A DNA stretch of 63,668 bases, counting the filler, from Octopus bimaculoides (taxonomy: Eukaryota): NCBI RefSeq assembly GCF_001194135.2. It is 6 parts of 5 records of this genome, joined end to end, with 100 filler letters (N's around TTAATTAATTAA, not from the genome) between each part and the next. Parts side by side here need not be neighbours in the genome. Positions count along the whole stretch, not along the records: positions 5,981 to 21,518 come from NC_069005.1; positions 21,619 to 36,378 come from NC_068997.1; 4 more parts are not named here. One strand, given 5' to 3'. Made by a program: the position numbers and the translations under genes. A model generated the notes under the pieces. That model saw only the letters and a program-made list of their open reading frames with translations, ran no database searches and was not told the origin of the DNA. This document shows, piece by piece, positions 13,373 through 25,610 of this stretch (positions are counted from its first letter, which is position 1; each line of letters begins with the position of its first letter).

Positions 13373-13695
13373 GAAGGTGTGTGGCTCAGTGGTTAGGGGT
13401 ATTCAGCCCACAATCATAAAGTCGTGAGTAAACCCCCAGTGATGCACTGTGTTCTTGAGCAAGGTACTCTACTTCACCTTACTGCAGTCCACTCAGCTGG
13501 CAAAAATGAGTTGTACCTGTAATTCAAAAGGGCCAGCCTGGTCACATTCAGTGTGAAGCTGAATCTCCCTGAGAACTATGTTATGGTATGCATGTCTGTG
13601 GAGTACTCAGCCACTTGTGCATTAATTTTATGAGCAGACTGTTGCGTTGATCAGATAAACAGGAACCTCATCATCGTAACCGATGGAGTGCCATT
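13373..13695 (+). mobile_element. SINE family C, full-length, CpG-decayed; further copies at ~14025-14165 (+) and ~14895-15200 (-)
   Basis: tRNA-like head GTGGCTCAGTGGTTAGGG, TGTTCTTGAGCAAG body, tail ...GATGGAGTGCC. Confidence 0.75.
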
Positions 13696-14692
13696 TTTTA
13701 AAAAGAGTGAAAGAAAGGGAAATGTTCCATATCATAAGGCAAAAATGTTGTGTGTTTAGTATAAGCAGTGAAAGCTAAGACGAAATGATTGCTATTCCGT
13801 CATGTGGTGACTTGACTCTGGACTCACACTCAGATTAATAACAACAGCCTGCGCATCAGTGTTTATCTGGGGGTTTCGCCCCCAGATCTGTGAGACCCAC
13901 AAATGCCACTTTTAAGACCGGATTAACACCCATAGTGACCCTAACACCTAAAAAGACTTTCCTGCCCCTATATAGGATCTCTTTTCATTTTCTTCCAACT
14001 ACTTGATGGTTCATCTTGCTCCAGTTCACTCAGCTGGCCAAAATGAGTTGTAGCTGTAATTGAAAGGGGCCAGCCTTGTCATATTCTGTGTGAGGCTGAA
14101 TCTCCCTGAGAACTACATTAATGGTGTGCATGTCTGTGGAGTACTCAGCCACTTGCGAGCTAATTTTATCCTCGTGTGGAAAAAAAAATTGAAAGCAACA
14201 TGCAGTATTTGTTGTTATTTGTCTTTGATTTAACAATGTGTCTATGTATCTATGTATCAACTTTTCTTTCAATCTATGTATCGACTGTCTCTCTCACTTT
14301 CTTTCTCACTTCCTCTGTGTCCCTCCTCTCTCCCACTTTTAAATTAACAATGTGTGTATGTATCTATGTATCTACTTTTCTTTTTGATTTATGTATCTAC
14401 CTTTGTTTCAATGTGTGCATCAGTCTACTCTTTAGTTTTGGTTACATAGAAATATGGAAACATCTTTAATTCTTTTTTTTTTCTCTAATGTTATATGGAT
14501 GAGAGACGAAGATGATACCTGAAATAAAAAATGAATAAATAAAAATATAAAAGACAGAATATTCTTTTATATTTAGGATGCTTTTAATCACAGGCCTGGT
14601 TAGTGAGGGCCAACCAAGGGCTAATCGATGACAACAATGGGAAGTCACATTTCTCCATCACAGCTTAATTCAAATGCTAAAAGCAAAGAATA

Positions 14693-14887
14693 AATCCTTT
14701 GTTACCATATATTTGTTGAAATATACCGCTTTTGTTTCAGGTTAATTTTGAAAATAATTTAGGAAACAGAAATTAACATGGAGTTCTGATGGAAGGTTTT
14801 GATTTAGTTCACTTTAAAATAGGAAGCTTTTATCATAGAACCAAGAATAGTGTCAGGTCTCAAGGAGGTTGGGATCAAAAGAGTTAA
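14693..14887. mobile_element. Degenerate piggyBac-like MITE; related copy at ~17070-17340
   Basis: Ends TAAATCCTTTGTTACC ... GGGATCAAAAGAGTTAA; internal segment (ATTAACATG...GATGGAAGGTTTTGAT...TATCATAGAACCA) shared with the 17.2-kb copy, which ends GGTATCAAAAGGGTCAA. Confidence 0.5.
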
Positions 14888-15584
14888 AAAAAAAAACAAC
14901 TGGCACTCTGTCAGTTACAGCGACAAGTGTTCCAGTTGATCTGATCAATGGAACAGCTGGCTCATGAAACTAATAAGTGGCTGGAGCACTCCACAGACAT
15001 GCACACTCTTAACTTAGCTCTCAGGGAAATTTAGCATGACACAGGATATGACAAGGCTGGCCTTTTGAATTACAGCTACAATTATTTTTTTTGCCAGTTG
15101 AGTGAAGTGGAGCAACATGAAATAAAGTGTCTTGCTCAAGGACAATGCACTGCCAGATATCGAACTCATGACCATAAGATTGTGAGCTGAACTTAACCCA
15201 CAAGGGTTAAGTAACAAGACAGAAATTCAATACATACAACTAGACAAAATTCTTCAATCTTTAACATACTGATCTCTTTTCCTTTTTAATTATTTCATTC
15301 TATTATTCCATGCTTGTGCCATGTTAATAGCACTGGTGCTGGTGCTACATAAAAAGCACCCAGTACATTCTGTAAAGTGGTTGGCTTTAGGAAGGGCTTC
15401 CAGCTGCAGAAACCATGCTAGAACAGAAAAAGGAGCCTGGGGCAACCTCTGGCCTTACCAGCTCTGGTCAAACCATCCAGCCCATGCCAGTATGGAAAAT
15501 GGACAGTAAATGATGAGGATAATGATGATATCAGCTTCAGTCAGAGGCTGTGGCCATGCTGGGACACTACCATTTGAGCATACT

Positions 15585-15920
15585 GAAGGCACATGGCCCA
15601 GTGGTTAGAGCGTTAGGCTCACAATCATGAGGTAGTGAGTTTGATTCCTGGACTGGGCTGTGTTGTGTTCTTGAGCAAGACACTTTATTTCACATTGCTT
15701 CAGTTCACTCAGCTGTAGAAATAAGTTGCAATGTCATTGGTGCCAAGCTGTATTGGACTTTGCCTTTCCCTTGGATAACATCAGCAGTGTGGAGAGGGGA
15801 GGCTGGCGTGCATGGGCGATTGCTGGTCTTCCATAAACAACCTTGCCCGGACTTGTGCTTTGGAGGGTAACTTTCTAGGTGCAATCCCATGGTCATTTAT
15901 GACCGAAAGGGGGTCTTTAC
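15585..15920 (+). mobile_element. SINE family D (family C-like head, different tail); CpG-intact copy on - at ~30915-31165
   Basis: Head GGCACATGGCCCAGTGGTTAGAG, body TGTTCTTGAGCAAGACACTTTATTTCAC, tail ...CTTCCATAAACAACCTTGCCCGGA...GGTAACTTTCTAGGTGCA. Confidence 0.75.
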
Positions 15921-17684
15921 CCTTTATGCCGAGATTATTCCTATTTTGAGGATGTATTAAGATTTCTTCATGTCTTGGAATATCTGAAGCTACAAGAAAG
16001 CAGAACAGAAAAAAAGGATAAAGGAAAAAAGACTCCATTTAGGACAGACAAGTTCCAAAATATATTTATTTATAGAAAATTTTCAACAGAAAATACAACN
16101 NNNNNNNNNNNNNNNNNNNNNNNNNNNNNNNNNNNNNNNNNNNNNNNNNNNNNNNNNNNNNNNNNNNNNNNNNNNNNNNNNNNNNNNNNNNNNNNNNNNN
16201 NNNNNNNNNNNNNNNNNNNNNNNNNNNNNNNNNNNNNNNNNNNNNNNNNNNNNNNNNNNNNNNNNNNNNNNNNNNNNNNNNNNNNNNNNNNNNNNNNNNN
16301 NNNNNNNNNNNNNNNNNNNNNNNNNNNNNNNNNNNNNNNNNNNNNNNNNNNNNNNNNNNNNNNNNNNNNNNNNNNNNNNNNNNNNNNNNNNNNNNNNNNN
16401 NNNNNNNNNNNNCCGCATTTAACAAGAAGTCTACTGAACGTTTCATGGAACTGAAATACATGTAAGCTCATTGAGGTGACCCTCTTACTCACAAAACAAA
16501 CAGTAGACCCTCTCTCTCTCTCTCTGTCTTTCTCATACACACATGTACACACATATATATACACACACATATGCATAAAGTAGATCTTTACAAAGGGTTG
16601 TTCTAACCCTCAACACATTCATACACAATTTGACCAACAAGCAAATATAACAAGTTTCTATATGGTGAAAGATTGTCTTAAATTAAAAACCAGAATGGAA
16701 GTTTTGTTTCTGTTCAACCAAAGGAAACATCCCCCCACTCTCAAATACATACAGCATTGAGAATGAAAATTTCTGAGAAACTTTTTTTAACAACCACTTA
16801 TTTTTACGATGTATATATTACATATACTGTGTATATATTTAATATACACACAAATACAGTGTATAATATTAATATTGGTTGAGAATATGCAGATTTTTAA
16901 CTTTTAGTTTTAACAGACATTTTTCAATAATCTGAGATATTGTTCTTTTTTTCCTTTGTTTGGCAAATTTGACTATTTGCATATTGGAAGAAGAGTCTGT
17001 TAAATGGTAGAAAGCCCTTCCTAGTCCAAACCATTCAACTGAAGGATGACATAAATAGTTATAAATAACTTAACCTCACAAAGATTGAGCCAAAAAAAAA
17101 AGGTATGAACTCATTATCAGGAATGTCCTTGTTTTTAGCCTCTTCTTACCAAACTTCTGCCTTTGTCTTGAAAATAATGGAGAATTTAGTAAAGAAAGTT
17201 TGTCATGATTAAGCTGGGTGTTTGGAACATAAATTAACATGAAGTTTTGATGGAAGGTTTTGATCAAAATCTCTTTAAAACAGGAAGTTTGTATCATAGA
17301 ACCAGGATGGTCCCAAGCAGGTTGGTATCAAAAGGGTCAAACCAGAATAATGGATAGATTTCATACAAACAAGCTTTTAATCAGTGTTAATATCAATTGA
17401 GATGTTAAATATTGAAGTCTTATCTAGACACGAAGGATGTAATTTGTTAAGGCTTGATCAGATGGCTTGTAATTCATACACTCTGCCCAGTGTATATTAG
17501 GAATAATTGACTGGTGTTGATCCACTGATAACTGTTGTATTTGTTTGTCAATAAGAAATCAAATTAACACTTGTGAAATTTCAGCTGGGAATTGTATTTT
17601 ATCCAGAAAGTATAGAATCAACTTCCTCTAATGTCTGCACCAAATTGAATTATATTTAATCTCATAAATAAAGTAAATATATAC

Positions 17685-17900
17685 TGATTTCAAATTTTGG
17701 CACAAGGCCAGCAATTTTGGAAGAGGGCATAAGTCAATTGCAACAACCCCAGGGCTCAACTGGTACTTGTTTTATCAACCTTGAAAGGATGAAAGACAAA
17801 GTTGACCTTGGTAGCAGTTGAACTCAGAACGTACAGATGGATGAAATGCTGCTAAGCATTTTGCCCGGCGTGCTATTGATTCTGCCAGCTCTCTGCCTTA
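17685..17900 (-). mobile_element. SINE family A, full-length, CpG-decayed
   Basis: GTCGACCTCGGCGG of intact copies reads GTTGACCTTGGTAG here. Confidence 0.75.
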
Positions 17901-18289
17901 AAGCAAATATATATTGAATTCTTATGATCAAGTAGGCACAAGACCCAGCTTTGTAGAAGAGGAAGAGTGTAGCTGATGAAATAAAACCAGTCATAGTATA
18001 TTACAGATACATATATAAGCTTATTGTATATGAAAAGAAAATTTAATTAAGGCAAGATGTCTACAAAGAGGCATAACAGATTTTAACAACCAAGGGAAAT
18101 AGCCCATTTATTTTGCTAAATCATTTGGTATAAATCAAATTGAGTATGCTTATTTCTTAGTATTTGAAATGTTAGAGTTATTTTGGCAATTTATTCTGTA
18201 CAACCCTTAAACAAGTAAATAGTATTTTCCTAAACGATAGATGCACTTATTTCAGTTAAGGACTTATTCACAAATATACAACACTAGCG

Positions 18290-18660
18290 TCACTGAGGGT
18301 AATATTCTCTGGGAACACACAAAAGCCCTTTTCAGAGTTATTTACTTAGAATTGTTTTTATCTCATATTTGATTAGCCTGTTATTACATATAATGCTTCA
18401 CGATTTTAGTATACATACCTTATTAGTATTTCCTCCTAAGTTCTATATACTCTGGGAACATATCAAAGCCCTTTTCAGAGTTACTTTATTTGAATTATGA
18501 CTATCGGGTAACTAATTTTATGTTATTACATAACTAACTTCACAATTTGGGTATTCATAACTTATTGGGAATTCTTAAAAACAAAATCTTGTGTAAGACA
18601 GTTTAGTATTCTCTGTAAATCCACAAAAAACATTTTAAGGGCGACATACTTTGTATTGTA
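18290..18660. repeat. Degenerate tandem repeat, unit about 145 bp
   Basis: CTCTGGGAACA(C/T)A..AAAGCCCTTTTCAGAGTTA recurs at ~18307 and ~18450, with a weaker third unit at ~18608. Confidence 0.6.
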
Positions 18661-18746
18661 GATATTGTATTAGTGAAACAATTATGAGAATAGAATCAAG
18701 GAATGAGCCCCGCTTTCCCGGGAATTACTGAGTACATCAGCTAGTA

Positions 18747-18788
<42 letters not shown>

Positions 18789-18897
18789 CATATATATATA
18801 CTTATATATATATATATACATACATATACATATATATTCATATATACCTATACATACATACNNNNNNNNNNATATACCTATACATACATACATACAT

Positions 18898-18970
<73 letters not shown>

Positions 18971-19041
18971 TAGATTGATAGATAGATAGATAGATAGATA
19001 GGTATAGTATAGCTTAATTGACACAAAGACTGAAACCTCAC

Positions 19042-19131
19042 CCAACAGCTGAACAACTACATGTAACATTTATCACTAAATGAATACTTTCATTAACTGA
19101 CAATCTAGTTGCACCATATGTAATAGAATAG
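19042..19131 (-). CDS. Exon (90 nt, phase 2-2) of an unidentified minus-strand gene
   Basis: Acceptor AATATTCTCCTTATTAG|, donor GG|GTGAGG; open only in the phase required by the upstream microexon: YSITYGATRLSVNESIHLVINVTCSCSAVG. Confidence 0.55.
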
Positions 19132-19233
19132 CTAATAAGGAGAATATTATTCTTTGTTATAGAGCATGGAATGAGAATAACTTAACCCCTTGTATTCAAT
19201 AAAATGTTTAGTACAAAATATCGAGAATATTAC

Positions 19234-19249
19234 TGATTACAACAGACAC
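19234..19249 (-). CDS. 16-nt microexon (phase 1-2), completing G-VCCN-H
   Basis: Acceptor TTGTAACTTCCAAATTTCTTCAG|, donor CA|GTAATA; needed to reconcile the phases of the flanking exons. Confidence 0.45.
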
Positions 19250-19372
19250 CTGAAGAAATTTGGAAGTTACAATGATTGAAATGTTTGTATCATAAAAACG
19301 AAGAAGAGGAAACTCAACTCCAAGAGATTCAGATAAAATTAAATCACTAATGCTGGAAGGTGAAACACATAC

Positions 19373-19505
19373 CTGTAACATCAGTAGAGTTTTTGGTGAC
19401 TGACTTTATATGTGCCAGCAGATGGATATTAATTCTGTTTTTTTCCTTTTTAGAATGAACAATAGCTGTTGTCTTTAGATGAAATTTTGAAGTGTTTGGC
19501 TCAAT
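19373..19505 (-). CDS. Exon (133 nt, phase 0-1) of the same gene
   Basis: Acceptor ...AAATAAATACTTAG|, donor CAG|GTATGT; IEPNTSKFHLKTTAIVHSKKEKNRINIHLLAHIKSVTKNSTDVT. Confidence 0.55.
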
Positions 19506-20046
19506 CTAAGTATTTATTTGATGATACAAAATGATCATTAAGAGATATAAAAAAAAAACAAACAAAAAACATGGATATTCTCAACTAAAATCTCTGAGTA
19601 CCATGTCATCAAGATAATTAATGTTTAATTGAGAAAGAGAAAGTTTTAATAAGCTGTATCCTGTTCGGCATGAAAGCTTCTGAAAATTATCTCAGAAGGA
19701 ACTTATGTGACAGCACTTCAACACTGGTTCAGGCACAAGTATCCTTCATAAATACAAGAGTACAAGGGTAGTATGATAGGCACAAAATGCTTTACAATTA
19801 ACAAACAAACAAAAATAGGGGGGAAAAAATAGCAAGTATAGTTTCTCACTCTGAAATGTCTATGGCCAAAATATAAAGGGGGAGTCATTATAAATGAAGC
19901 ACCTAATTCAGTGTTTCTCAACCTTTTTGTCTCAAACTCCATTTTGATCCCCCCCCCCCCACAAAAAAAAAACTTGTACCTCATCATAAATGCATAAAAT
20001 ATTTAGAACACACACAGAGTTTCATTTAACATCCATATTCCATGCT

Positions 20047-20091
<45 letters not shown>

Positions 20092-20258
20092 TCATACTAA
20101 ATTTTTGCCCAGTTCAGGAATCGAAATCACAATCTTACTATCACAAGTCCAACATCCTAACCACTAAGCCATGTGCCTCCACCATACATACAAACATACA
20201 TACATGCATATATATATTATTAGAAAATAAATCATATGGTATACACCTGGTAGCTTAC

Positions 20259-20350
20259 TGGTAAAGCACATTCACTTTCACAGTGTTCGTTGGGTATTTG
20301 ATTAATGAGAGATGGAAGAAACATCTTTGTAATCACTTCAAGAGACACAT
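20259..20350 (-). CDS. Exon (92 nt, phase 1-0) of the same gene
   Basis: Donor CCA|GTAAGC, weak acceptor ...TGTTGGTGCAG|; DVSLEVITKMFLPSLINQIPNEHCESECALP; phase matches the 19505 exon. Confidence 0.45.
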
Positions 20351-20874
20351 CTGCACCAACAGATACTCAACCAGTTGTTCAGTATCCCACTCATGAGGGA
20401 TCAATGCTAAATGGGGTCAAAACAATTGTAGTGATCAATAAAGATTCTCTCATCTTCCATCTCTCTCATTAATCAAATATATACATATATATATTTCGCT
20501 TAGGCATTGTGACGTTAATAACCTGGTGTTAGAACTCAATGTACATATGCGTCAGAATGATACATCAGTCAAGTACAGAGTGGTAATAGGGAATTGGGAT
20601 GACAAATTAAATAGACTGTTATGTTATGAACTCTATTAGCTTAACAGCTGTTTCAGTTAAAAGATGCAATGCACTCATTGTTGAATGCTTGAGTATCAGT
20701 CTGTAGCTTCAACGAAGCCTCAAACATGAAGTGCAATTTACTTGGTAAAACATTTACCTTTATGTATAGACACAGAAAAGCATTACCAATAAGCTAACAT
20801 AGTTTATAACATAATTGTCTATTCCTTTGTCATCCTAATATACATACATAATAATATACATACAAGTAAAAGTA

Positions 20875-21110
20875 ATGTTCCTTCCTGTGTCATATAGACT
20901 CATAGGGCTGCTTTCTATGGCATATATATTCCTCACCTGGACAGGATGCCAGTCTGTCGTGGGATTATTAATTTTTTGCCTGATGGGTGAAATGAAATAT
21001 TTTACTCAAGAACACAACACATCGCCCAGTTCAGCAATCGAAACCACAATTTTATGATTTTTTATGATCATGAGTCCAACATCCTAACCACTAAGCCATG
21101 TACCTCCACC
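20875..21110 (-). mobile_element. tRNA-headed SINE, C/D-related head; head fragments also at ~20100-20185 and ~40620-40750
   Basis: On +: CAAGAACACAAC...AATCGAAACCACAAT...CCTAACCACTAAGCCA(C/T)G...CCTCCAC, the reverse complement of a tRNA-like head. Confidence 0.65.
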
Positions 21111-21469
21111 ATACATACATACATATATTGAGAGCTTTTAGGTAAAAGCTTTATCGTAAATTTTATTCACATCTTACTTACATCAGCCCAATTCTGAATT
21201 AACCCACACCCCATCCAAAATACTGCCATGGTCCACATTGAGAAACACTGGTCTAAGCCCCACACTAGAATCAACAGTCTTTCAAACTTTCTAACTTCTA
21301 AGATTTTGGACATGTACTTATCTAGTGAATGATTTAACTGAGACAGTGTTTGAAATTGATTTAATTATATCATGAAAGAATCATTTAATCATCAAACACA
21401 CAGGCTAAGCTCACTTTTAATGTATTTCTTGAGGCAAAAAGATTTTATTACATGACTGTGGCCATGTGG

Positions 21470-21518
<49 letters not shown>

Positions 21519-21719
21519 NNNNNNNNNNNNNNNNNNNNNNNNNNNNNNNNNNNNNNNNNNNNTTAATTAATTAANNNNNNNNNNNNNNNNNNNNNNNNNN
21601 NNNNNNNNNNNNNNNNNNTTGACTCTAAAACCACATTAAATGTTCATAATGTGGTTTTAGAGTCATGCTTTGGCTGCTATTTCCAGCGTGGTGGTATCTC
21701 TTAGATACCCTTAGTTATA

Positions 21720-21804
<85 letters not shown>

Positions 21805-22396
21805 TTGCTTAATATTTATGTATTCATCTTTAGTAGAAGACTTACAGATGCAATATTGAGTACGTATTTAAAGTGTGTTATATTCTGTACAAGTTGACTG
21901 AATGAGTTATATTCTGCACAATTTGACTAATTTACTAATTTAATATAGTTAGGATTCTTAAGCAAATTTGATTATTATTATGGTAAGATTTAGTTTAATC
22001 TATCTCGATATATATTTATGGAAGAGCATATGCAGCAGTATGAATATTTTACCTTACAGCGATAAGGATGGTTTGCTATCTTTATCGGTTTGTCAGGCTG
22101 TGTGTGTGTCTGTGTGTCTGTCTGTGTCTGTTTCTCTCTCTCACTTTTTCTCTATCTATCTATCGATCTATCTGTCTATCTATCTATCTGCCTATATATC
22201 TCTCTATCTCTCTATATCTCTATCTATCCTTCGGTGTACGTATATGTACACAGACAAACAGAAAGATAAACAGACAGACAGACAGACACACGCACACACA
22301 CATCTTTGTATATATGTATATACATATTACACAAATCTAGTTTTCTGTAAGGAGTCGACGAAATTTAAGTTACATGGAGCCGAATCAAACTATTTT

Positions 22397-22557
<161 letters not shown>

Positions 22558-23294
22558 GGCGCAGGATTGGCTTTGTGGTAAGAAACTTGCTTACCAACCA
22601 CATGGCTCCGGGTTCAGTCCCACAGCGTGGCACTTTGGGTAAGAGTCTTCCACTATAGCCTCTTATTATTATTATTATTATTACTATTATTATTATCATT
22701 ATAAAACTAATAATAAATGCCATGAAGCAATACCAGGTATTTGTTCTCATGACTTCTGATCCTAACTGATTGGAAGTGTTATTATGTCCATGTTTTGTTT
22801 TTGGTGTAAAAGATGATCTACAACAAATATTCTACTCAATACCACAAATTTTCTTGTCAGTTGTTTGACCGTAACCAGTTGAGCATGTCTCTTAGTGGCT
22901 AACGATATGTGCATCTCTCATCATGTGCAGGAGCATCATAGCATCATGTGGGGAGCATCATAGCCACGTGTCGAGAGGAATTCTTTGGGGTTTGAATAAT
23001 TCACCTCTGGAAACATGGGTGTTTCGTTCAACATCCTTAAACAAACCTTATTCATGGACCTTTTGAGCGGGATGGGCTACTCAACCAGAAGAAAATTCTA
23101 ACTCGGCCCCCACCTGCAAGGTGATGCGCTGTTTATTTAGATATGAGATCACCATCTCGTGCACATATGGTTGTGATGCATGCGCCTGCTGCATCCTTAC
23201 CAGACGGGTAGTTATGATGGGTATATTGGACTTCATATATTTCTACCCCAGGGTCACTTTAATGGCATGCGCTGCTCTCTCACTCAATAATAAT

Positions 23295-23962
23295 ATTAAT
23301 TTCAAAATTTGGCACTAGGCCAGTAATTACAAGTGAATAGGTAAGTCGATTACGTCGACTGCAGTATTCAACTAGTACTTATTTTATCGATCCCGGGAAG
23401 AAGAAAGGCTAAGTCGACCTTGACGAAATTTCAACTCAGACCGTAAAGACTGAAGCTTTTGCCCGGCGTGCTAACGATTCTTATTTCTTTATTGTCCACA
23501 AGGGGCTAAACACAGAGGGGGAAAACAAGGATAGACAAAGAGATTAAGTCGATTACATCGACCCCAGTGCGTAACTGGTACTTAATTTATCAACCCCGAA
23601 AGGATGAAAGGCAAAGTCGCCCTCGGCGGAATTTGAACTCAGAACGTAACGGCAGACGAAATACCGCTAAGCATTTCGCCCGGCGTACTAACGATTCTGC
23701 CATCCCACCGCCTTTTATAACAACAACAACAACAACAACAACAACAACGATACTTTCTACTCTAGGCACAAGACCTGAAATTTTGTGGGAGGTTGCCAGT
23801 CGATTAGATCGACACCAGTAAGCAACTGGTACTTAATTTATCGAACCCGAAAGGATGAAAAGCAAAGTCGACATCGGCGAAATTTGAACTCAGGACGTAA
23901 AGACAGACGAAATGCCGCTAAGCATTTTGCCCGGCGTTCTAACGATTCTGCCAGCTCGCCAT
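23295..23962 (-). mobile_element. Three head-to-tail SINE family A copies with two different tail types
   Basis: Three GTCGATT..ATCGAC..CAGT...CTGGTACTT...GAAATTTGAACTCAG blocks. The middle copy carries the tail TTCTTTTATTGTCCACAAGGGGCTAAAC instead of the GGCACAAG tail. Confidence 0.85.
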
Positions 23963-24036
23963 AATATATTCATATAATCTCACACACACACACACAAGCC
24001 TACAAATATACTACCACTTAAATTAATAAACATTCG

Positions 24037-24091
<55 letters not shown>

Positions 24092-24159
24092 AAATTTCTC
24101 GTTAGCAAATGACGTTCGTGACAAAATCATTTTCTAGTAGCTGTAGTGGTCCTTATGGC

Positions 24160-24408
24160 TGTTGTTGTTGTTGTTTTTACTGTTGCAGCATTTTCTGAGT
24201 AAAATTGTTGTTGTTGTTGATGTTTATAGGGAGGAAGTGACTAGGAACAAAGTGAACACATGTTATGGTTTGTACACAACGAATCCGCTTGTTTACAACT
24301 TCGTACATTCACCTACGACCGATGTCACGTATGTCTTGCTGTTGCTGTTATCGTTGGTGTTGTTGTTTTTGCAACTGTTGCTGTTGTTAATGGCATTCCT
24401 CATCGTGC

Positions 24409-24440
<32 letters not shown>

Positions 24441-24960
24441 ATGATGATCCATGTTCCTGTTGTTGTTGTTGTTGTTGTAGTTTCTGCTGTTGTTGTTTGT
24501 GTTGTTGTTATCGTTGTTGCTGAGGTTGTTGTTGTTATTACTCTTGCTGTTGCTGTTTCTACTTTTACAGCTGTTGCTGTTGTTGTTGCTGCTGCTGCTG
24601 CCTCCTCCTCCTCCTCGTCCTCCTCGTCCTCCTACTCCTCCTCCTCCCCCCTCCTCCATCTCCTGTTGTTGTTGTTGTTATTATTGTTGTTATTGTTATT
24701 GTTGTTGTTGCTGCTGCCATTCACCATGCTGCTGCTGCTCCTCTCTCCTCCTCCTCCTCCTCCTCCTCCCGTAGTTGTTGTTATTGTTGTTGTTGTTGTT
24801 GCTACTGCTAGCATTCCTCGTCGTGCTGCTGCTCTCCCCCCTCCTCCTGTTGTCGTTGTCGGCGATCTTGCTGCTGTAGTTATTGTTGATGTTGTTGCTA
24901 CCGTCACAGTTAATATTGTTGGTACTACTGCTGCTGATGTTGTTGTTGTTGTTGTTATCT
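24160..24960. repeat. Mosaic trinucleotide array (GTT/GCT/CCT/GAT)
   Basis: Direct reading; low-complexity ORFs in several frames, no splice support found. Confidence 0.9.
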
Positions 24961-25016
24961 ACATTTTATATGTTACCTGAGATATTATCTGTTATCGATA
25001 TCATATATGCTAATAT

Positions 25017-25610
25017 GGCGGCGAGCTGGCAGAATCATTAGCACGCCGGGCCAAATGTTTAGCGGCATTTCGTCCGTCATTACGTTCCGAGTTCAAATTC
25101 CGCCCAGGTCGACTTTGCCTTTCAACCTTCCGAGGTCGATAAAATAAGTACCAGTTAAACACTGGAGTCGATGTAATCGACCTACCCCTCCCTCAACATT
25201 GATGACCTTGTGCCGAAATGTGAAACCAATATGATATATCCTAATAGGGAGGCGAGCTGGCAGAAACATTAGCACCCCGGGCGAAATGCTTAGCGGTATT
25301 TCGTCTGTCTTTACGATATGAGTTCAAATTCCGCCGAGGTCGACTTTGCCTTTCATCCTTTCGGGGTCGATAAATTATGTACCAGTTGCGTACTGGGGTC
25401 GATCTAATCGACTAGCCCCCTCCCGCAAAATTTCGAGCCTTGTGCCTAGAGTAGAAAACAATCGTTAGTACGATGGGCGAAATGCTTACCGGCATTTCGT
25501 CTGCCTCCACGTTCTGAGTTCAAATTCCGCCAAGGTCGATTTTACCTTTTATCCTTTCAGTGTCGATACAATAAGCACCTGTTGAACACTGGAATCGATG
25601 TAATCAATTA
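25017..25610 (+). mobile_element. Three head-to-tail SINE family A copies
   Basis: Heads at ~25017, ~25247 and ~25465 (truncated), each with GAGTTCAAATTCCGCC and the central domain. Confidence 0.85.

Noticed and set aside
17930-17995. Minus-strand exon candidate ATLFLFYKAG
   Set aside because: Sequence is a degenerate family A SINE tail; no credible donor.
23295-25610. CRISPR-like array of recurring GTCGAT...ATCGAC blocks
   Set aside because: Eukaryotic SINE copies with homologous, not unique, spacers; no cas genes.
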